37,719 nucleotides of DNA from Ignavibacteriales bacterium (GCA_037441745.1 JBBIRP010000001.1:1-37719), one strand, 5' to 3'; positions 25,958 to 34,845 are shown, numbered from the stretch's first letter. The notes: generated by a model from the letters alone, not told the origin. Numbers and translations: made by a program.

Positions 25958-26608
25958 ATGAAAAACTTTTTTCAAAATTTATCATTGAATAAAAAACTTG
26001 CATGGATTGCATTCATACTTGGATTAGCGGCAATATTTGCTGGTAATCCATACAAAGGCAATTCATTTTCTCTTGATGCAAAAGAATTGGCACTGATCGT
26101 TGAAAAAGAAGTTGACCACATTGATGTAGAAGAATTAGCAGATTGGATAATACAGGGCAAAGCAGATTATCGTCTAATTGATTTGAGATCGGAGAAAGAA
26201 TTCAACGAATATCACATTCCAACAGCAGAGAACGTTCAACTATCGGGGATAAACAATTACCCTATGCTTAGAAATGAAAAAATTATTCTTTACTCCCAGG
26301 GTGGTATACATTCTGCGCAAGCATGGATGCTTTTAAAAGCTATAGGGTACAAAGCAGTTTATATTCTTCGCGGAGGATTAGAAGAATGGACCGATAAAAT
26401 ACTTTTTCCAATACTTCCTCAGAATCCAAAACCTGAAGAAATTGCTTCATTTAAAAAGTTAATAGATGTCAGCAAATTTTTCGGTGGCTCTCCGCAAACT
26501 AGCGGTAAAGAAGAATTACTTGCAAAGAAACCCATGCCAAAACCTGAGATGCCAAGCACCACATCTGCGCCAGCCATAGCAAAGAAGAAGAAGAAAGAGG
26601 GGTGTTAA
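25958..26608 (+). CDS. Membrane-anchored rhodanese-homology-domain protein lacking the active-site Cys, with a Pro/Lys-rich tail ending in Cys
   Basis: Rhodanese fold motifs: LIDLRSEKEFNEYHIPTAENV ... IILYSQGGIHSAQAWMLLKAIGY ... LRGGLEEW. The catalytic-loop position is Ser (YSQGGIHS). The only Cys in the protein is the last residue (...KKKKKEGC). N-terminal helix LAWIAFILGLAAIFAG. Confidence 0.8.
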   Translation: MKNFFQNLSLNKKLAWIAFILGLAAIFAGNPYKGNSFSLDAKELALIVEKEVDHIDVEELADWIIQGKADYRLIDLRSEKEFNEYHIPTAENVQLSGINNYPMLRNEKIILYSQGGIHSAQAWMLLKAIGYKAVYILRGGLEEWTDKILFPILPQNPKPEEIASFKKLIDVSKFFGGSPQTSGKEELLAKKPMPKPEMPSTTSAPAIAKKKKKEGC

Positions 26609-27076
26609 TTATTTATTCACACAAGAACTCAAAACCTCTTGAATAAGCACCTTACAGGTTAGGATACTCTTTTCTGTAATGATCGTACAGATAATCAAGC
26701 CGATTAAGGATTAGAATGCAGATACAAAATCTGAAGCAAATTGACCGTACTTATTTTTTAAATTATATGTGTATTCCCCAATCAATCTGATGTTTCTTCT
26801 TAAAAGATAACCTAAACTCAAAGCTCCAGTTTGTTAATCATAATCATCCGAATCATAATCAATCCAATTATAAAGAGCATCCCCATACCATTTACTTTCA
26901 TCATCTTTTTGAAAATAAATTAAATTACCAAATCAACCATTGGTTTTTCTTTCGTTGATATCCAATAAATCTTTATCATCCTTTCTCGTTCAATATTGAA
27001 AATTTTATTCAAGTTAAACTACTTATTTAAAATATTCAATTTTCATCATTTGCACTTCACCATACTATTGTTTATA

Positions 27077-27091
27077 TTTTCATTATGAAAA
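27077..27091. promoter_or_regulatory. Perfect 7-1-7 inverted repeat TTTTCAT-T-ATGAAAA (candidate Fur/Zur-family operator) spanning the start codon of the small ORF
   Basis: The arms are exact reverse complements. The geometry matches the 7-1-7 Fur-family box, and it lies at the head of a metal-uptake gene set. AT-rich DNA makes a chance occurrence possible. Confidence 0.3.
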
Positions 27092-27360
27092 TGATGCTTA
27101 CATTTATAATCGTTATATCACTTATAATTCTAGTAAGTACGCTTTTCTTTCATTTCCATTTTGGTAATCAACAACATGATGAAATCAGTTGTCCACTCTG
27201 TGTTTTAATAAGAATCTTCCATGGTATCTTATTTTTTCAACCAATATATATATTGGTTTTACAAGTTTTACTCGTTTTAATTTGGACAACTCTCACTATA
27301 TACATTTCGCCATTCATTGTTAAAAAACACGTACGAGCACCTCCAATACGAATCCAATAA
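27085..27360 (+). CDS. Hypothetical small membrane protein with a His-rich/CxxC segment
   Basis: 91 aa with three hydrophobic stretches. The segment HFHFGNQQHDEISCPLCVLIRIFHG suggests metal binding. Coding status is uncertain. Confidence 0.3.
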   Translation: MKMMLTFIIVISLIILVSTLFFHFHFGNQQHDEISCPLCVLIRIFHGILFFQPIYILVLQVLLVLIWTTLTIYISPFIVKKHVRAPPIRIQ

Positions 27361-27459
27361 ATAGGTTTTAACCAACATTTTTTTAAAAACCGTCAAACAT
27401 GCATTGTCTTAGATTTAATTAACAATGTATGTGTTATATACTTTATAGGAGTTCCTAAT

Positions 27460-28731
27460 ATGAATAGGTTTAATCTTTTTGCACTTATTTTATTTTTTAT
27501 TCCAGGCATGGTTATGTTTGGACAAACATCTTCGGATAATCCATTTTCACAATCAAAGTTTATCCCGGATATATCATTCATTTTAGACGTTTCTTATTTA
27601 CACCGCAATCTCGACAACGATGAAATTAAACTGGTTGAAACCCCCGGTTTAATCCTATCTTCAAGCAAAGAAACTACCCATGGGCAAGCGAACACAGACA
27701 TGAATTCTCTGTCGGGCTTTAATTTTAATTATGCAGAATTATCTGTCTCATCAACTGTTGATCCATATTTCGATTTAATTGGAATATTCCATCTCTCCGC
27801 CGAGGGTTTTGACGTTGAAGAAGGATATTTTATGACGCGTAATCTACCGCTCGGTTTTCAAATTAAGGGTGGAAAGTTTCTAAGCGGTATTGGAAGGATT
27901 AACGAACAGCATGCACATTATTGGGATTTTGCAAATATGCCGCTTGTTTATAAAACTTTCTTTGGTCCAGAAGGTCTGAATGAGGTTGGTGCTCAGATTA
28001 ATTGGATAACACCGACCGATTTCTATTTACTAATAGGTGGTGAAGTACTTAAAGGTGATAATGAAAATAGTTTTGGTACCGATGGGTATCAAGATGCTGC
28101 GCGTAATATTAAAATCAAAAGCAGTAAAGCCCCAAATCTTTACACAGGCTTTATTCGTACTTCCATCGATGTTGGAAATGTTACAACACTTGCTGGTGTT
28201 TCGGGAGCTTTTGGTAAAAGTCGTCTGAATAATGAATTCGATAGCAATAACCCAGATGGTCATGCCATTTATGCTAATACAAGAATATGGAATGCAAATT
28301 TAACAATGAAGTTCATTTTCGAATCATACCGAGATGTAACTTTGCAGTTTGAGTATTTGAATAGAATAACTGATGGAGATCTTTATATTAAAGATTCAAC
28401 TCTAAATTCTCAAAAAGAAAAAATAAAAAAAGATCAGTCCGGATTATATGCTCAGATCGTTTATAAGTTCAATAAAAACTGGAGAACCGGTTTGCGATAC
28501 GACCTTTTATCAAATAATGATATCACAAGGGACGACAATATATTAAACTTGTCAAATGGATTACCTCAGTTTTCAAGTATGATTGAATATAATCCTACTG
28601 AATTTTCTCGCATACGATTAGAATATTCATACGATCGAACAAAGTATCTTGAAGAAGAAAGAAAAGTTAATAACGAAATTTTACTTCAGGTGAATTTAAC
28701 AATTGGTGCTCACGGGGCACATTCTTTTTAA
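27460..28731 (+). CDS. Putative outer-membrane beta-barrel (porin-like) protein linked to the metal-uptake genes
   Basis: Signal peptide MNRFNLFALILFFIPGMVMFGQ. The sequence has alternating amphipathic strands and is rich in Y, G and N. The C-terminal residue is Phe (...GAHGAHSF), typical of OM barrels. At 423 aa with no plug domain recognised, it is too small for a TonB-dependent receptor. Confidence 0.6.
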   Translation: MNRFNLFALILFFIPGMVMFGQTSSDNPFSQSKFIPDISFILDVSYLHRNLDNDEIKLVETPGLILSSSKETTHGQANTDMNSLSGFNFNYAELSVSSTVDPYFDLIGIFHLSAEGFDVEEGYFMTRNLPLGFQIKGGKFLSGIGRINEQHAHYWDFANMPLVYKTFFGPEGLNEVGAQINWITPTDFYLLIGGEVLKGDNENSFGTDGYQDAARNIKIKSSKAPNLYTGFIRTSIDVGNVTTLAGVSGAFGKSRLNNEFDSNNPDGHAIYANTRIWNANLTMKFIFESYRDVTLQFEYLNRITDGDLYIKDSTLNSQKEKIKKDQSGLYAQIVYKFNKNWRTGLRYDLLSNNDITRDDNILNLSNGLPQFSSMIEYNPTEFSRIRLEYSYDRTKYLEEERKVNNEILLQVNLTIGAHGAHSF

Positions 28732-28748
28732 TTAGAAAGGAAATTAAT

Positions 28749-29639
28749 ATGAAAAAAATATTCTTAATATTACTTGTCATTTTACTGGATTCAGTTCATG
28801 CTAAAGAATTAAACGTTGTTGTAACCTATCCTTATATAAAAAGTATCGTAGCAGAAATCGGTGGAGATAAGGCTAGCGTTTTCTCTTTAGCTAACGGAGA
28901 ATTTGATCCACACACAATCATACCTAAACCATCGTTTATTGCCAAACTGCGAAATGCTGATTTGCTAATCATCAACGGCGCACAACTTGAGATTGGTTGG
29001 CTACCACAATTGCTAAAGCAAGCCAACAATCCCAAAATACAAGTTGGTAGCGGTGGATTGCTCGACTTATCCAAACACGTAGACTTGATAGATGTTCCAA
29101 GCAGTGTCTCGCGTGCGCAGGGCGACATCCATCCGGATGGAAACCCACATTTTTATCTTGATTTCAACAACATACCTAAAATTGCAGAAGCTGTTTCTAA
29201 AAAATTGTCTGAAATTGATCCTCAAAATAAATCATTTTTCGAAAAAAATGGTTTAGACTTTCTTGATAAATACAATCATAAATTGAAAGAATGGACTGAA
29301 AGATTGAAACCGCTCAAAGGAGTGAGAATAATAGAGTATCATAGACTTTATGACTATATGATTAAGAGAATCGGTATTGAATTAGTATCCACTATAGAAC
29401 CGTTGCCAGGCATTCCACCGACATCTAAACACATTGAGTCGTTAGAAAAAATATTGGCTTCAAGCGAAGTGAAGATGATATGGCAAGATGTATATCATTC
29501 AAAAGATGCTGCGGAGTTCCTTTCGAAAAAATATTATATTAGAATGATAATATTACCTCATGATGTCGAAGCTGTAAAAGGAGTTAACGATATATTCTCA
29601 CTATTCGACGAGATTGTAGGGAGATTGACAAATGATTGA
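28749..29639 (+). CDS. Metal (Zn/Mn-type) ABC transporter substrate-binding protein, ZnuA/TroA family
   Basis: Signal peptide. Family-like segments are DPHTIIPKPSFIAKLRNADLLIINGAQLEIGW and GDIHPDGNPHFYLD. Its size (296 aa) fits the family, and a ZnuB-like permease follows. Confidence 0.78.
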   Translation: MKKIFLILLVILLDSVHAKELNVVVTYPYIKSIVAEIGGDKASVFSLANGEFDPHTIIPKPSFIAKLRNADLLIINGAQLEIGWLPQLLKQANNPKIQVGSGGLLDLSKHVDLIDVPSSVSRAQGDIHPDGNPHFYLDFNNIPKIAEAVSKKLSEIDPQNKSFFEKNGLDFLDKYNHKLKEWTERLKPLKGVRIIEYHRLYDYMIKRIGIELVSTIEPLPGIPPTSKHIESLEKILASSEVKMIWQDVYHSKDAAEFLSKKYYIRMIILPHDVEAVKGVNDIFSLFDEIVGRLTND

Positions 29640-30393
29640 CGTACTATTGTATGCGTTTCTCCTTTCTGTAATTTTGGTAGGGATACATTCTTACTTTGGA
29701 CTTGAGATAATCCGCCGCGGAATAATTTTTACAGACCTTGCCATCGGGCAGATGTCGGCAGTGGGGGCTGCCTTTTCAATTTTCCTCCTCGATGGAGAAT
29801 ATATCTACCCAATTTCATTAGCGTTTGCATTAATCGGCGGGTACTTCATTGCATATGCAGCAAAAAAAACAACTAACGTTGAAGCATTTATAGGATTGTT
29901 ATATGCATTTGGTGTTTCTATTGTGTTTATCGTTTTATCTAAAACTCAACACGGAATGGAGGAATTTCAGAAATTAATGGCGGCAGATATTTTATTTACA
30001 CCCTTAAGAGATATAGTTCAGGTTGCAATAATATACTCATTACTTGGCGGAATTATCTTATTCTTCCATTATAAAATGACTGGTTTCACCAGAGATTTAT
30101 TGTTCTTCGTAACCTTTGCTGTAACTGTTACAAGCTCAGTTAAGCTTGCCGGTGTATTAGTAGTATTTGCTATCCTTGTTTCCCCTTCGCTTATATCAAT
30201 ATCAATTGGTAAGGGAAAAAGTTTAGTAAACGCATGGATAATTGGAACGTTAATAAATTTAATTGCAATCATTTTGTCGTACAATTTCGATTTCCCAACG
30301 GGATATTCGATCGTATTTTGCAATGCATCTGTGGCTACTATAGTCGTCCTAGTATCCAAGAGGATGAGAAAGGTTGAGAAAGAGATTGCTTAA
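29632..30393 (+). CDS. Metal ABC transporter permease, ZnuB/ABC-3 family
   Basis: 253 aa with 7-8 hydrophobic helices. It overlaps the binding-protein gene by 8 nt. Confidence 0.78.
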   Translation: MIDVLLYAFLLSVILVGIHSYFGLEIIRRGIIFTDLAIGQMSAVGAAFSIFLLDGEYIYPISLAFALIGGYFIAYAAKKTTNVEAFIGLLYAFGVSIVFIVLSKTQHGMEEFQKLMAADILFTPLRDIVQVAIIYSLLGGIILFFHYKMTGFTRDLLFFVTFAVTVTSSVKLAGVLVVFAILVSPSLISISIGKGKSLVNAWIIGTLINLIAIILSYNFDFPTGYSIVFCNASVATIVVLVSKRMRKVEKEIA

Positions 30394-30405
30394 ATTTACT
30401 TATAA

Positions 30406-30438
30406 AAAAATCCCGCTCTCTTTCGAGGCGGGATTTTT
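30406..30438. terminator. Bidirectional rho-independent terminator between convergent genes
   Basis: The arms are aaaaatcccgc / gcgggattttt with an 11-nt loop. The GC core is flanked by an A-run and a T-run. It sits between the permease stop (30393) and the csp stop (30457). Confidence 0.65.
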
Positions 30439-30456
30439 AATTTGGTTAAATAGATG

Positions 30457-30657
30457 TTATATCTTCGAAACGTTTGCAGCTTGAAGTCCTTTTGGGCCAC
30501 GCTCTATTTCGAACTCAACCTTATCACCTTCATTCAATGATTTATAACCATCGCCAGAGATGGCTTTGAAATGCACAAAAACATCTTCTCCATCTTGACG
30601 TGAAATAAACCCATAACCTTTTGCTCCGTTGAACCATTTGACTGTTCCTTTTTCCAT
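30457..30657 (-). CDS. Cold-shock protein (CspA family, S1-like cold-shock domain)
   Basis: [33 protein letters not shown]... carries the RNP1-like motif KGYGFI and the RNP2-like motif VFVHF. The true start is the internal Met at 30657, giving 66 aa. The 33-aa N-terminal extension in the track has no support. Confidence 0.92.
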   Translation of the reverse strand: MEKGTVKWFNGAKGYGFISRQDGEDVFVHFKAISGDGYKSLNEGDKVEFEIERGPKGLQAANVSKI

Positions 30658-30954
30658 GGAATTATCCTTTCTATTATATGTTTGCCTCGATGCTCTGAGG
30701 TCAGAGGTACGCCTTAACTGTATGCTCTTAAAATGAAAAATCGCATTAAATGGCATTCATTTTCACCATTTGCTGCGATTTTGAATCCTGGCGTACCACT
30801 CAAATTAAATGATTCGAACGGTTTACTGCCAAATCTCTTAAAAGCAAAACAACGGTGTACTGTTGATTGCGATTTTAATATAGGTATTAATTTAATCAAA
30901 TGCAACTAACACATATTCTTTTGAATTTTCTAAAAAGAAATTATATTTGATGAT

Positions 30955-31740
30955 ATGAAAATTGCAATCGTTCAAACAAGTCCAATATTTGGAGAAACAA
31001 AAGAAAATGTATACTCCGCAATTAGTGTGATGGAGAATGTAAACGCTGAGCTTTATATTCTTCCCGAACTATTCAACACCGGATATAATTTCATAGAACA
31101 GAAAGAATTATTAAAACTTGCTGAATCACAAAATGGTTTCACAATTCAAACGCTTCAGCATTTTACCAAACAAAAACATTGCTACATTGTGTGTGGATTT
31201 GCTGAGAAAGACGAAGAGTATTTTTATAACTCTTCCGCACTCATCGGGCCAGAAAAAGTGATTGGAATTTACAGAAAGGTTCATCTATTCTATAGAGAGA
31301 ATCTATTTTTTACACCCGGTAATTTAGGTTTTCCCGTCTTTGACCTGCCGTTTGGTAAAATTGGGATGATGATTTGCTTCGATTGGATATACCCAGAGGT
31401 AGCTAGAACTTTAGCACTTAAAGGAATTCAGCTAATCGCACATCCATCGAATCTTGTATTGCCTTACTGCCCCGATGCAATGATCACCCGTTGTGTAGAG
31501 AACCGAATCTTTGCAGCAACCGTTAATCGTGTTGGCGAAGAAATGCGTGGCGAAATAAATTTAACCTTCATCGGAAACAGTGAAATCGTTACACCGAAGG
31601 GGCAAGTATTAGTCCGGCTCGGACATTCAGAGCCAAACATTCACGTCGAAGAAATTGATTTAGCAGAAGCAAACGATAAGTTTGTAACTGAATATAACCA
31701 TTTATTTAAAAATCGAAGACCTGATCAATACAAATGTTAA
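30955..31740 (+). CDS. Carbon-nitrogen hydrolase family protein (nitrilase/amidase superfamily)
   Basis: The Glu-Lys-Cys triad contexts are present: LPELFNTGY, YRKVHLF and MMICFDWIYPE. Confidence 0.85.
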   Translation: MKIAIVQTSPIFGETKENVYSAISVMENVNAELYILPELFNTGYNFIEQKELLKLAESQNGFTIQTLQHFTKQKHCYIVCGFAEKDEEYFYNSSALIGPEKVIGIYRKVHLFYRENLFFTPGNLGFPVFDLPFGKIGMMICFDWIYPEVARTLALKGIQLIAHPSNLVLPYCPDAMITRCVENRIFAATVNRVGEEMRGEINLTFIGNSEIVTPKGQVLVRLGHSEPNIHVEEIDLAEANDKFVTEYNHLFKNRRPDQYKC

Positions 31741-31822
31741 TTTGATTTTTGAATATTACTTATGTAATATATAATATAAATCTAAATAATAAATCGAAAT
31801 TCAAACAATTTTGGAGGGTTTT

Positions 31823-32254
31823 ATGAATAAAAAAGTGTGGTTCGGCTTTATTGTGGTTTTTATTGCGATGGCTGTCTTAAATTTTATTATCCATGGTTTG
31901 ATACTATCCTCAACATACCAGACAGAAGAAGTAAGTAAATTCATGAGATCAAAAGCCGACATGGATAGACTGATGTGGGTTTACTACCTCGTTTATTTAA
32001 TTCAATCTTTCTTCTTCTCTTTTATATTTTCCAAAGGGTACGAAGGCAAAGGAATTACCGAAGGAATTCGATACGGGCTATACATGGGACTCCTATTATC
32101 AACCCCGATGGCATACGCTTCTTATGCGACGTACCCAATGCCTTATTCACTTGCTTTTCAGTGGTTTATTTATGGAATAATTTATTACATAATACTTGGA
32201 ATTTTACTTGCAGTAATATTCGGCAAGAAGGTAAAGGAAGATCAACAAATTTAA
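31823..32254 (+). CDS. Small integral membrane protein of unknown function
   Basis: Four hydrophobic helices. I prefer the ATG at 31823, which has ggagg 6 nt upstream, over the TTG at 31811. Confidence 0.5.
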   Translation: MNKKVWFGFIVVFIAMAVLNFIIHGLILSSTYQTEEVSKFMRSKADMDRLMWVYYLVYLIQSFFFSFIFSKGYEGKGITEGIRYGLYMGLLLSTPMAYASYATYPMPYSLAFQWFIYGIIYYIILGILLAVIFGKKVKEDQQI

Positions 32255-32420
32255 TAGAAATTTTAATAAGTGGCTGTTTGATGTGATGAAAACCCAATAA
32301 CAGAATTTATCTGACAACTTTTTTCAATTTTTGCTATTTTGTTTATTGATGCGTATTTCAATTGTGAATCTTTATTTGATTACAGGGAAGATTTTTTAAA
32401 TTTGCAAACATTCGTATCAA

Positions 32421-32798
32421 ATGAAATACAATAAATTAACCTCCGCAGAAGAGAAAATAATTCTTCAAAAGCAAACAGAATTACCACATACAGGTAAATT
32501 TGTAAATTTCAAAGACGAAGGCACTTATATTTGCAAACGCTGCGATGCACCATTGTACCGCTCTAATGATAAATTCGAATCGGGCTGCGGTTGGCCAAGT
32601 TTCGATGATGAAATCCATGGAGCTGTTAAACGTATTCCGGACAGAGATGGCATTAGGACAGAAATTGTTTGTGCTAAATGCGGTGCCCATCTCGGACATA
32701 TTTTTATCGGTGAAGGTATGACACCAAAAAATGTTCGCCATTGTGTAAATTCCACCTCTCTAAAGTTTATACCAAAAGAACAGAAAAATATTTCATGA
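32421..32798 (+). CDS. msrB: Peptide-methionine (R)-S-oxide reductase MsrB
   Basis: The two Zn CxxC pairs are CKRCDAPLY and CAKCGAHLGH. GCGWPSF and the catalytic RHCVNS are also present. Confidence 0.92.
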   Translation: MKYNKLTSAEEKIILQKQTELPHTGKFVNFKDEGTYICKRCDAPLYRSNDKFESGCGWPSFDDEIHGAVKRIPDRDGIRTEIVCAKCGAHLGHIFIGEGMTPKNVRHCVNSTSLKFIPKEQKNIS

Positions 32799-32849
32799 AA
32801 GGCTGAAATGTTTATGACTAAAACAACTAAACGTTTTAAAGAATTTATA

Positions 32850-33359
32850 ATGAAACGAACGATCTATTTTTTAACAACCCTTTTATTTGTATATGGTTGT
32901 TCATCAACCAAAAAAATTTTATCTGTCAAACCAAATGAGCATATTGAAGTAGGATGGACGCCGCGGTCTGTATTTCAATCACCAACTTACGCTGCTTGGT
33001 TTGATACAGCTTATAATAATTACAAACCGCACCAAGAAACAATCGAGCGTTTGAAGAGAATGAAAGACAGCGTTGAATATTTTATTGTCTATGGTATGTG
33101 GTGTAGCGATAGCAGGCGTGAGCTTCCAAGGTTTTTTAAAATTATGGATATGATAGATTTCCCATCCGATAAAATTATCTTGGTAGCTGAAGATAGAACA
33201 ATGCAGATACCCGCAGAAGTTGCTAAAGAAAATAATATTACAAACGTTCCAACTTTCATTGTTAAGTACCGTGGTATTGAGGTCGGCCGTATTGTTGAAT
33301 CTCCAAAAACAACTATTGAAAACGATTTGCTGGAATATCTGATCCAATTGTTTCCTTAG
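32850..33359 (+). CDS. Thioredoxin-fold lipoprotein (atypical single-Cys WCSDS site)
   Basis: Lipoprotein-type signal MKRTIYFLTTLLFVYGCSS. Thioredoxin-like segments are FIVYGMWCSDSRRELPRF and VPTFIV. The start is moved to Met 32850. Confidence 0.6.
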   Translation: MKRTIYFLTTLLFVYGCSSTKKILSVKPNEHIEVGWTPRSVFQSPTYAAWFDTAYNNYKPHQETIERLKRMKDSVEYFIVYGMWCSDSRRELPRFFKIMDMIDFPSDKIILVAEDRTMQIPAEVAKENNITNVPTFIVKYRGIEVGRIVESPKTTIENDLLEYLIQLFP

Positions 33360-33384
33360 CGCAGCTAAGATTGGCAATTTGCTT

Positions 33385-34356
33385 TCATTCAAACAACTCA
33401 ATATTTCCACCCGTATGAATAAATAATACTTTTTCGCTTGAGGTAATCAACCTTTTGTTGGCATAATCTAATAGTCCAGCCGCAGCTTTACCTGTATAAA
33501 CATGATCCAATAGAATCCCTTCTTTCTTACCAAAGTAGTTTATTGCGTTTTCCGCACCCTCGGTCCTTTCACCATAACCTTCACCCATATATGAGTTATC
33601 TACAATAACATCATTCTCTTTTATATTTACATCAAATAATTTTCCAGTCTCGATAGCCAATTTGTAAATTTCATTTTTTAATTGTTCATTACTTTTCGCG
33701 ACTCCCATACCGATTATTTTACCTTTCCAACTGGACAATGTTTTACCGACGATTAAACCAGCCTGTGTACCGCCGGAAGAAGATGCGTGTATAATTGAGT
33801 CAAACTCGATATTCATTCGCTTACAATCGTTTAAAATCTCAAAAAATGCATTAACATAACCTAATGCACCAAGGGGGGTCGAACCACCGACTGGAAGTAT
33901 ATAGGCATGTTTACCTTGAGTTTTCAAATCATCACCAAGTTGACGGCTGACTCTTTCCCAGTCGTTCCAATCTTTAGAGACAATATGATGTATCTTACTA
34001 CCAAATATTTGAGCTAACAAGTAATTGGCTGTAGGTCTCTGTGGCTTTATCCCTCCGAGAATAAGATATATATCTATACCAACATTCTTCGCTGCTGCAG
34101 CTGCAATTCTACAAAAATTTGATTGTACGGCTCCAACGGCAATGATCGCATTAAATTTCTTACTTATTACATCAGCTATTAAAAAATCCAGTTTCCTTGT
34201 TTTATTCCCACCAAAAGCAAATCCTGTTAAATCGTCGCGTTTACAATAAATATTACAAGACAAATCCCTTGAAATATTTTCAAGTTTATGAAGCGGTGTC
34301 GGTAATAGTGAGAATTTGCATCTCGGGAAACTCGACAATATATTCATAGCTTCCAT
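33385..34356 (-). CDS. PLP-dependent D-cysteine desulfhydrase / ACC deaminase family protein
   Basis: The PLP-Lys motif is FAFGGNKTRKLDFL. Tryptophan-synthase-beta-like fold segments are also present (GAVQSNFCR, SSGGTQAGL). Confidence 0.85.
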   Translation of the reverse strand: MEAMNILSSFPRCKFSLLPTPLHKLENISRDLSCNIYCKRDDLTGFAFGGNKTRKLDFLIADVISKKFNAIIAVGAVQSNFCRIAAAAAKNVGIDIYLILGGIKPQRPTANYLLAQIFGSKIHHIVSKDWNDWERVSRQLGDDLKTQGKHAYILPVGGSTPLGALGYVNAFFEILNDCKRMNIEFDSIIHASSSGGTQAGLIVGKTLSSWKGKIIGMGVAKSNEQLKNEIYKLAIETGKLFDVNIKENDVIVDNSYMGEGYGERTEGAENAINYFGKKEGILLDHVYTGKAAAGLLDYANKRLITSSEKVLFIHTGGNIELFE

Positions 34357-34359
34357 TGG

Positions 34360-34845
34360 TTATTCTTCTCCCTTCACTTCAAGCAAGATTATTTTATACG
34401 ACCTATATATTTCCAAAGAGTAAAAAATAATACCAACGAATAAACCAGTCATCCCAATCATAAAAATTACTAATGGAATTGCACGCAAGATCTTTGTTGT
34501 TATAAATAGATTAATAGCTATGGCAACAGACGAAAGTACAAACATTCCAATCGCCGTCTGCATAGAAAGAATAGCATTTCTTATGTATCTGCTGCGAAGC
34601 AACAGTTCTGTGATCTGCTTAGTTATACTCATAAATCTAACATTATCCGGATAAGCTAATTCTTTGTTTTCTCCAATGTGATGAAAAAATTTTCTTTTCT
34701 CGTCGTTCAATAAACGAATACGATTTATGATTGTTGAATATCGATTACTCAAACTCAAAAGGAGAAGTCCCACCGCAGAAATACCCAATGCTGGAGCAAG
34801 TATTGCTTGGATAGCTTGAATTGCGGTCATTTCTGATTCTGACAT
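34360..34845 (-). CDS. Membrane protein, DUF2721-like
   Basis: Three TM helices. The N-terminal pattern AILAPALGISAVGLLLLSLSNRYSTIINRIR resembles DUF2721. The gene ends 3 nt before the downstream start, so the two are co-transcribed. Confidence 0.55.
   Translation of the reverse strand: MSESEMTAIQAIQAILAPALGISAVGLLLLSLSNRYSTIINRIRLLNDEKRKFFHHIGENKELAYPDNVRFMSITKQITELLLRSRYIRNAILSMQTAIGMFVLSSVAIAINLFITTKILRAIPLVIFMIGMTGLFVGIIFYSLEIYRSYKIILLEVKGEE

Noticed and set aside
30658-30756. 33-codon N-terminal extension of the cold-shock ORF, and possible structured elements in the ~250-nt region upstream of csp
   Set aside because: Csp proteins are ~66-70 aa and start MxxGxVKWF, and the internal Met at 30657 has aaaggataa upstream. 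Long csp 5' UTRs are well known, but I could not identify a convincing conserved cold-box or stable hairpin by eye, so I made no feature call.
32421-33359. MsrB plus thioredoxin-fold lipoprotein as a special periplasmic methionine-sulfoxide repair system
   Set aside because: MsrB here has no signal peptide, so it is cytoplasmic, while the Trx-fold protein is a lipoprotein with only one Cys in its WCSDS site. The adjacency alone does not support a functional pair.
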